DNA of 64,000 nucleotides, from positions 245,761 to 309,760 of the forward strand of contig CAKVFI010000002.1 in assembly GCA_934746715.1 (NCBI GenBank). Direction: 5' to 3'. Origin of the DNA: an uncultured Clostridia bacterium (GTDB lineage Bacteria; Bacillota; Clostridia; Christensenellales; UBA1242). The position numbers were made by a program, and so were the translations under genes. The notes below the pieces were generated by a model. It saw only the letters and a program-made list of their open reading frames with translations, was not told the origin of the DNA and did not search any database. Shown in pieces: positions 57,300-64,000 of this stretch (positions are counted from its first letter, which is position 1; each line of letters opens with the position of its first letter).

Positions 57300-57926
57300 T
57301 TAAAATTTAACGCTTGATTTCAGTTCGTTTGCAAGTTGCTGCAAAGCAAACAAGCGAGATTCATATTCAAAGCGGGTTAGCACTGTTTCGTTTTGGTTTG
57401 TTCTTCCTATGTGGTGCAACAAGTATTTGTTGTTTGTGGCAAGCAGTGCACGAAAATAAAGAGGATTTTTAAATGCGCTTAAATACAATTCATCTAAAAA
57501 ATCTTGATATTCTTCTTGATTTCTTTTAAATGGTTTGCCTTGCCAGTAAAGCAGACCTTTATCGCCCCAAAAATCAAACGAATTGCATGCCCTTGTGTGG
57601 TAAGCGTCAACACCAGAATAGTTGAAAACTTTTGCTTGAACTTTTTTGTTTTGATATTTTATGCCTTGCAAAACAGATTCAATTGAATTGACCTTTTTGT
57701 GCCAAAATGTAAATTGAATAGGATATAGGTTTGAAAGCACACGGGATATGCTGTTTTTTGCACCATATTTTATTACGATAAAATTTTCAGTTTCCCAAAC
57801 TCTGTTTGTGCCGTCGTCAATTATAATGCCGTCAAAAAAGTATTGTTCGCCATCTGCAACCACATCTTTGATTTTGAATTGTTGTTTGTAATATTTAAAT
57901 TTGCGTAATAGTTCTTGTTTTGTCAT
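57300..57926 (-). CDS. NADAR (YbiA/DUF1768)-like protein
   Basis: The motif order LSNLYP...S.ES.LQGIKY...FRALLATNNKYLLHH parallels E. coli YbiA FSNF...SEHYFQAQKF...LRALLLATAPAKLVEH. Confidence 0.5.
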   Translation of the reverse strand: MTKQELLRKFKYYKQQFKIKDVVADGEQYFFDGIIIDDGTNRVWETENFIVIKYGAKNSISRVLSNLYPIQFTFWHKKVNSIESVLQGIKYQNKKVQAKVFNYSGVDAYHTRACNSFDFWGDKGLLYWQGKPFKRNQEEYQDFLDELYLSAFKNPLYFRALLATNNKYLLHHIGRTNQNETVLTRFEYESRLFALQQLANELKSSVKF

Positions 57927-57995
57927 TTTTGTTTCCTTTACAATATATTATCATAAACATGGGCATATGTGCAAATGTAAATGTATTTTAAATAA

Positions 57996-58010
57996 TTATG
58001 ATTGTTATAA
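57996..58010. promoter_or_regulatory. PerR/Fur-family-like box upstream of rubrerythrin
   Basis: TTATGATTGTTATAA vs the PerR consensus TTATAATNATTATAA (two mismatches), about 85 nt upstream of rbr. Confidence 0.35.
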
Positions 58011-58095
58011 AATTTGTTTGCAACCAGACAAAAAACAGTTGCTCTTTAACTTTAATTTTTTGTATAATAAAATTGTTTAACAAAAGGAGGAAGAT

Positions 58096-58635
58096 ATGGA
58101 ATTGAAAGGTTCACAAACAGAAAAAAATTTGATGACAGCATTTGCTGGGGAAAGTCAAGCAAGAAATAAATATACATTTTATGCAAGCAAAGCAAAAAAA
58201 GAGGGGTATGAACAAATTGCTGCAATTTTTACAGAAACTGCTGACAACGAAAAGGAACATGCAAAACTTTGGTTTAAACTTTTGCACAATGGCGAAGTGC
58301 CAGACACATTAACAAACCTTAAGGATGCTGCAGCTGGCGAAAATTTTGAATGGACAGATATGTACAAAAATTTTGCCGCAACCGCAAAAAAAGAAGGTTT
58401 TGCAGATATTGCAAAATTGTTTGAAGGCGTTGGCAAAATTGAAGCCGAACACGAAGCAAGATATAATGCCTTGATTGAAAATGTTAAAAAAAATAAATGC
58501 TTTGTAAAAAAGGAAGTGACCGTTTGGGTTTGCCGCAATTGTGGCCATAAACATGTTGGCAAAACTGCGCCAAAAGTTTGCCCAGTATGCAATCACCCTC
58601 AAGCATATTTTGAAATGGAAAAACAAAATTATTAA
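58096..58635 (+). CDS. rbr: Rubrerythrin
   Basis: Ferritin-like ExxH motifs (NEKEHAKLW, EAEHEARY) and a C-terminal rubredoxin CxxC...CxxC (CRNCG...CPVC). Confidence 0.95.
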   Translation: MELKGSQTEKNLMTAFAGESQARNKYTFYASKAKKEGYEQIAAIFTETADNEKEHAKLWFKLLHNGEVPDTLTNLKDAAAGENFEWTDMYKNFAATAKKEGFADIAKLFEGVGKIEAEHEARYNALIENVKKNKCFVKKEVTVWVCRNCGHKHVGKTAPKVCPVCNHPQAYFEMEKQNY

Positions 58636-58693
58636 AAAAATGTAAAAATTTAAGCAAATTTTAATTAAATTTTGTAAATTTTAAAGTTCAAAG

Positions 58694-58725
58694 CAAAAAA
58701 AATCCACACATTTGTGTGGATTTTT
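58694..58725. terminator. Bidirectional terminator
   Basis: A-run, ATCCACACA-TT-TGTGTGGAT, T-run. Confidence 0.8.
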
Positions 58726-58727
58726 TG

Positions 58728-60629
58728 TTAAGCTGTTTTTTCTGTCAATTCAAGATTTTTGCTTTCACCAGTTGCCAAATAAACTTTGATAAGCTCTTCA
58801 ACAGAAAGCAAAAGTTCTTGAGCGTTGGTTGGGATTGAACCCTTTAATGTTTTAACAAAACTCTTTTCCATTTTGTTTTGGTTTTTCAAACTGCCTTTAA
58901 TAATGACGTCGTTGATGTTGCCAAATTTGTTGTTAATTTCAACCAAACGAGATGAGATATAATTTACTGTTTCTTTACAGATTAAGTCAATATCATGGTC
59001 GCTATTTTTTGTTTTTGAAAGTTTAACAATATTTGTTTCATCACTAGTATTTTCAAAACTTTGTTTGTAATTCTTTTGCAATTTAATAAGTCTTACAAAG
59101 CTTGCGTCAATTTTAAAAGATATTGTTTTAAATTGTTTTTCGTTGTTTTGATTAATGCGTTTTACAATCAATTTTTCTTCTGTTTTTGTAGGTTCATCAG
59201 CTTGTTCTGTTGATTGTGTTTGTGTATCATTGTTTGTATCGTTAATTGTTTTGTCCACAACTTCTTCAATCACAACATCTTCTTTAATTTCTTTTGCTGG
59301 GTCAAGTGAACTTGGCAAGTAAATGATGTTTTTGTCAGCAATTGCTTTAACAAGGTTTTTAGGTTCAGGCAAATAGAGTGTTTGAGTTTTTGTTTCTGCT
59401 TGTTCCATGTCTTCAAATTTTGACATAACTTGCAAATTGAACAAATGTTCATTGTTTGATTTTGAATATCTTTCCATCGACAAGTTTTTAACAAGGCTAT
59501 AGCACTTTTCTTTAATCTCATTTAAATCATCTTTTTTAGCTTTGCCCAAAGCAATGGTTGCGTAGATATCGCAGTTGTCCAATTTTTTGTAATTGCTTGA
59601 ATAATCTTTAAAGTTTTCACGCATGTCTGCACTTAAATATTTGTCAATATATCCCAACAACAAAGAACATCTTTGTGCTTGTTCAGTTGATGTTGCTGGA
59701 TTCATTTCAGTTTCCTTTAAAAATTCTATATATGAAGCCAAAGCCCACAATTGATTTCTGTGGATTTTTTTGTAAATTGCACCATTCATAACAACACGAT
59801 TAAACCAATTGCTATGTTTGTTTTTGCAAACTTTTTGATTTGTTTTTTGCAATTTTTCAATCAAACGTTTGATTGGCAAATCAATATTTGAACTTTCAAG
59901 TTCTTCAATGCTTTCGATGTTTGCGTTTTTAAGTGCTTCAAGAGTGTTTGATTTTTGGCAATATCTTTTTGAATAATACAATCTTGTTAATTTGTTTACT
60001 GCAATTGATGTTACAGCTGTTGCAACTCCGCCAATAACTGCGCCGGCAGATGCCCAAGCACCAATTGAAACGAGCAAATTAGGAGAAATAAAACTGCTGT
60101 TTGCGACTATTGAAATTGTTGAAAGGATTGAAGCGCCAATGCCGCAACCTGCACCAACAATCAAAGCTGGTGTTAAAACTTTTTTGCGCAAGAAATTGAG
60201 CTTTGGATGAGATTTTGGCACATACATGTTTTTGTCATACATTGCAACATTTTGAGTTAAATTTGCAAATGATTCCTTTGAAAGAGAAAGGTTGATATTT
60301 CCTTTTGCAAGGATATTTGTGATGTCCCTCAAAAAGTTTGCTTTTGTTGATTTTTTGTAGTCTTCAATTTTTGTGCAGTTGTTGGCAAAAAAGTCAACAA
60401 TCATTGCCAATTTTTTTCTGTTCATTGCAGTGTTTTCAAAATTGAAAACTGATTGTTTTGTTGATTTAGAGATAAGTTTGTCAACATTTTGAAATTTAAT
60501 TTCATCATCAAAATTTGTTTTGATGTATTGTTTTTCAGACAAAAAATAATTGAATGTTACATTGGAAGAATCATTCAAATATTCGTTGCACATAAAAGCA
60601 AATTGATTTATATTAATAGAGTTGTTCAT
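58728..60629 (-). CDS. Large hypothetical protein with a central Gly/Ala-rich double-TM hairpin
   Basis: AAGGGGG RBS before ATG 60629, 633 aa. The central segment is LTPALIVGAGCGIGASILST...VSIGAWASAGAVIGGVATAVTSIAV. Confidence 0.55.
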   Translation of the reverse strand: MNNSININQFAFMCNEYLNDSSNVTFNYFLSEKQYIKTNFDDEIKFQNVDKLISKSTKQSVFNFENTAMNRKKLAMIVDFFANNCTKIEDYKKSTKANFLRDITNILAKGNINLSLSKESFANLTQNVAMYDKNMYVPKSHPKLNFLRKKVLTPALIVGAGCGIGASILSTISIVANSSFISPNLLVSIGAWASAGAVIGGVATAVTSIAVNKLTRLYYSKRYCQKSNTLEALKNANIESIEELESSNIDLPIKRLIEKLQKTNQKVCKNKHSNWFNRVVMNGAIYKKIHRNQLWALASYIEFLKETEMNPATSTEQAQRCSLLLGYIDKYLSADMRENFKDYSSNYKKLDNCDIYATIALGKAKKDDLNEIKEKCYSLVKNLSMERYSKSNNEHLFNLQVMSKFEDMEQAETKTQTLYLPEPKNLVKAIADKNIIYLPSSLDPAKEIKEDVVIEEVVDKTINDTNNDTQTQSTEQADEPTKTEEKLIVKRINQNNEKQFKTISFKIDASFVRLIKLQKNYKQSFENTSDETNIVKLSKTKNSDHDIDLICKETVNYISSRLVEINNKFGNINDVIIKGSLKNQNKMEKSFVKTLKGSIPTNAQELLLSVEELIKVYLATGESKNLELTEKTA

Positions 60630-61057
60630 GGTTACCCCCTTAACATTAACTAAATTATAAGGCAAGATGGCTGCTTTGTCAATACCCATTTTTTCATAAA
60701 TAATTTTATAAATGTCAATTTTTGTTGTTTTTTTGTGATATTTTGGCTATTTGACTTTAATTTATAAACTATTTAGTAAATTTTGAGCTTAAAACTTAAC
60801 CCATGCCATGTTTTTGCCCGTTTTGTTCAAACGGCGGTTATGATAGCACTTAAAACCCAACTTGTCAATACCCAAAATATTATATTTTGTTAATTTTTTA
60901 GGCTTAAATTTTAAAAAATCTTAATTTTTAGTGTTATTTTTAAAAAAGTATTTGTTTTTTTGCCTTTATTATGATTTTTTAGAAAAATGTTTGCTTTATA
61001 AATTACAATAAAAAAACAAGTGCTTGCACTTGCTTTTTAATATAAATATATGTATGT

Positions 61058-61711
61058 TTATTTTAATGATTGTTTGATTTTTGTAAACATTTCATCAGCA
61101 ACTTGTTCTGCTGTTTTGTTTGTTGAATTGATGATTGTTGCATTTTTTGGCACAACCAATGGGGCAATAGGGCGCTCTTTATCGCGTTTGTCACGTTCAA
61201 TAATTTGGCTTTTAATTTCTTCAATATCGATATTTGTGCCTTTAGCTTGTTCTTCTTTCAATCTGCGTTCAGCACGAACCTCAACGCTGCAATCCAAATA
61301 AAATTTAAATTCTGCATTTGGAAACACAAAACTTCCAATATCTCTGCCTTCAATAACAACATTATTGTTGCTAACAAACTTGCGTTGACAATCATCCACA
61401 AGTTGACGGATTGGTTTAAACTTGCTTACATATGAAGATGCGCTGCTAACTTCGTTATCCCTTAAATGACTTGTGAAATCTGTGCCATTTGCAAAAACAT
61501 GTTGCACTCCGTCAATAAATTCCACTTTTAAATCTAGTTTTGAAAGCAAATCCACATTTTCGTCCATTTTTAAATTGTTTGCAATTGAATAGCAAGCAAC
61601 GGCACGGTATAGTGAACCAGAATTGAAATGCATAAAATTTAATTTGTTTGCAAGGATATCTGCCACGGTTGATTTTCCGCTTCCTGCTGGGCCATCAATT
61701 GAAACTATCAT
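61058..61711 (-). CDS. cmk: Cytidylate kinase
   Basis: [16 protein letters not shown], with the start overlapping the eno stop. Confidence 0.9.
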   Translation of the reverse strand: MIVSIDGPAGSGKSTVADILANKLNFMHFNSGSLYRAVACYSIANNLKMDENVDLLSKLDLKVEFIDGVQHVFANGTDFTSHLRDNEVSSASSYVSKFKPIRQLVDDCQRKFVSNNNVVIEGRDIGSFVFPNAEFKFYLDCSVEVRAERRLKEEQAKGTNIDIEEIKSQIIERDKRDKERPIAPLVVPKNATIINSTNKTAEQVADEMFTKIKQSLK

Positions 61712-62964
61712 TTGTTGTAAACTCCTTTTTTGCCAAGTTGGCGTTCAATCCTAATCAATTGGTTGTATTTTGCTACACGATCAGTTCTGCAAATTGAACC
61801 AGACTTAATTTGCCCAGCATCAACAGCAACTGCCAAATCTGCAATAAAAGTGTCTTCAGTTTCGCCACTTCGGTGAGATATGATTGTTTTGTAGCCGTTT
61901 GCTTTGGCAAGGTTTATTGTTTCAAGTGTTTCGCTTAATGTGCCAATTTGGTTAAGTTTAATTAAAATTGCATTTGCAACACCTTTTTTGATGCCTTCTG
62001 CCAAAATTTTTGGGTTTGTTACAAACACATCATCACCAACCAATTGAATTTTTTTGCCTAGTTTTTTTGTGATTTTAATCCACCCGTCCCAATCGTTTTC
62101 ACTCAATGGGTCTTCAATTGAAATGATGGGGTAGCGCTTGATTAAATCTGTGTACCAATCAATCATTTCGGCAGTGGTTTTTGTGCCTAACTTGCTTTTG
62201 TTGAGTTTATAAACTTTTGTTTTTTCGTTGTAAAATTCGCTTGCTGCAACGTCCAGCGCGATGGCAATATCAGTTTTTGGAGTGTAACCAGCGTTTTTGA
62301 TTGCTTCAACAATTACTTCCAAAGGTTGTTCGTTGTTTTTAAAGTTTGGGGCAAAGCCACCTTCGTCACCAACAGCAGTTGGAAATTTAAGTTTTTTAAG
62401 CACTTTTTTAAGTTCCACAAAAGTTTCGCTTGCCATTTGCATTGCTTGAGCAAACGTTTTTGCGCCAACTGGAACAATCATATATTCTTGAAAATCCACA
62501 TTGCTATCGGCGTGAGCGCCACCATTGATGATGTTCATCATTGGAACTGGCAGGGTTGTGCCATTGCCCAAAGTTTTGAATAGTGGTTTGCCCTTGTTGA
62601 TTGCATTTGCTCTTGCACAGGCAAGGCTAACCGACAAAATTGCGTTTGCACCCAAATTTGTTTTAAATTCTGTGCCATCTAAATCTAGCATTGTTTGGTC
62701 AATTTTGTTTTGGTTTTCAACAGGTAGCCCAACAATATGTTTTGCAATAATTTTGTTTACATTGTTAACGGCTTTTGTTACGCCTTTGCCGTGAAAACGA
62801 GTGCCTCCATCACGGAGTTCAAGGGCTTCACGCTCGCCGGTTGATGCACCGCTTGGCACAATCGCTGTGGCTTTAACGCCGTTTTCAAGTGTAACTTCAC
62901 ATTCTACTGTTGGGTTAGCACGGCTGTCGATAACTTCATATGCTGTTATTTTTTTGATTTTCAT
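61708..62964 (-). CDS. eno: Enolase
   Basis: [21 protein letters not shown], colinear 418 aa. Confidence 0.95.
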   Translation of the reverse strand: MKIKKITAYEVIDSRANPTVECEVTLENGVKATAIVPSGASTGEREALELRDGGTRFHGKGVTKAVNNVNKIIAKHIVGLPVENQNKIDQTMLDLDGTEFKTNLGANAILSVSLACARANAINKGKPLFKTLGNGTTLPVPMMNIINGGAHADSNVDFQEYMIVPVGAKTFAQAMQMASETFVELKKVLKKLKFPTAVGDEGGFAPNFKNNEQPLEVIVEAIKNAGYTPKTDIAIALDVAASEFYNEKTKVYKLNKSKLGTKTTAEMIDWYTDLIKRYPIISIEDPLSENDWDGWIKITKKLGKKIQLVGDDVFVTNPKILAEGIKKGVANAILIKLNQIGTLSETLETINLAKANGYKTIISHRSGETEDTFIADLAVAVDAGQIKSGSICRTDRVAKYNQLIRIERQLGKKGVYNK

Positions 62965-63148
62965 TTATTCCTCCAAAACAATGATATCACTTTTGATTTT
63001 TTTTTAAAAGCAAAAACAACTTTGTTTGATATTTTGATTGTTTGTTGATTTTTTTTGCATGCTATTAAATATGCCTTTTTGGTATTGACATTTGGTTTGT
63101 TTTGTGTTATTATCTCAACATAATTAATTTAATAAGGCGGTGGGTGAT

Positions 63149-63673
63149 ATGAAAATTGCAAAGCAAAACGAATATCAAATGCTTTTAAATGATAAAGATG
63201 AAGTTATTTTTCCACCAATAGCTTCGCTTATTGTTGACATTGGTGAAAATATGTTTGCGGTTAAGGTTGTTGATAAATTTGGAGTGATCGACAGCAAAGG
63301 CAAAACAATTTTACCTTTTAAATTTGACGATTATTCCAAATTTAGCCATGGGCTTGTGGTTATGGAACGTAATCAAACATTTTTGGTTTTCAACGCTGCT
63401 GGTTGGTTGATTTATAGAGATCCTTATGTTGATAGGCTTGGTGGCTTTGATGGGGAATATTTATACGCAACAAATTATGATGAAGACGAATTTACCCATG
63501 AACGTCAAACTGCTTTTGCAAAAATAAGGATAGAATCTATTAACAAACCAATGGATAATTATGAATACAACAAAAGGTTTTTGAAAGAAAAAACAGAAAA
63601 TGAAAATATGACCGAAAAAGATAGAAAGGGTGTGAACTACTATCAACCATCATTCTTTGACTTGCAAAATTAA
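63149..63673 (+). CDS. WG/KWG-repeat protein
   Basis: FGVIDSKGKTILPFKFDDYSKFSHGL resembles WG-containing repeats. Confidence 0.5.
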   Translation: MKIAKQNEYQMLLNDKDEVIFPPIASLIVDIGENMFAVKVVDKFGVIDSKGKTILPFKFDDYSKFSHGLVVMERNQTFLVFNAAGWLIYRDPYVDRLGGFDGEYLYATNYDEDEFTHERQTAFAKIRIESINKPMDNYEYNKRFLKEKTENENMTEKDRKGVNYYQPSFFDLQN

Positions 63674-63855
63674 AATTAAAAACTCATCAAATTGGTGAGT
63701 TTTTTTTGTTAAAATTAAATTTTAATCATAGTTTTTACATTTTTTGTAAGAAAAATATTAATTTTTATTTTTTATGGAATTGATTTTTTGTTGTTTACTT
63801 TAATAAATTTTTCTTTACGTTTTACAAAATCAATAAAATATGGTAATATGAACAT

Positions 63856-64000
63856 ATGGAAATTTATTCATTAAAATTAAAGTCAAGCAAAAACACAAAT
63901 ATTTTTGTATTGTCAACCAGTGTTGGAGAAGTGCAAATTCATAGTGATATTATTGTTAAATATGGGTTGGCTGTTGGAGAGTTTGATGATGCAAAATTTG
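63856..64000 (+). CDS. 3'-truncated ORF at the window edge, leaderless geometry; possibly RecX-like
   Basis: TTTACA, 17-nt spacer, TGgTAATAT, then 6 nt to ATG 63856. Only 48 codons are visible. Confidence 0.3.
   Translation, partial: MEIYSLKLKSSKNTNIFVLSTSVGEVQIHSDIIVKYGLAVGEFDDAKF

Overview
The window is a low-GC (roughly one-third G+C by eye) chromosomal segment that reads cleanly in the standard genetic code. Its gene content points to Bacillota (Firmicutes): SpmA/SpmB, a Spo0A C-terminal-domain protein, SipW-type signal peptides, an EndoA-like MazF and a SAM-I-clan riboswitch.

Housekeeping genes (rplM-rpsI, tex, dtd, glnS, polA, metK, gap, rarA, rbr, cmk, eno, tRNA-Leu, tRNA-Ser) are interleaved with two giant surface-protein genes. 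One is an ORF of at least 2691 aa that is open at the 5' window edge. The other is a 2105-aa subtilase with about 19 MBG-type repeats.

The strongest non-obvious signal is at 8.1-12.0 kb. Two convergent TasA/camelysin-like genes share a perfect 51-nt inverted repeat exactly over their signal-peptide h-region. Only one copy has a start codon, n-region, RBS and promoter, so this looks like an inversion-driven expression-cassette switch. I see no recombinase in the window. The invertible segment also carries an HNH-nuclease gene, and the locus is flanked by a covarying hairpin-repeat family and preceded by a roughly 400-nt structured leader.

Other notable items:
- a truncated Rho paralog without a P-loop, next to a double-HTH regulator, with a TTTTGTACAAAAATA operator that recurs 4 kb away
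- an unidentified roughly 215-nt stable-RNA candidate co-transcribed with tRNA-Leu
- a MetK with an 82-aa N-terminal extension behind a SAM riboswitch
- a roughly 2-kb integrase-less islet bounded by a degenerate copy of the tRNA-Ser 3' end
- a MazF with a non-canonical upstream partner
- three leaderless-mRNA geometries
- an ABC-F gene remnant

All calls come from reading the sequence and translations, and no database search was run.
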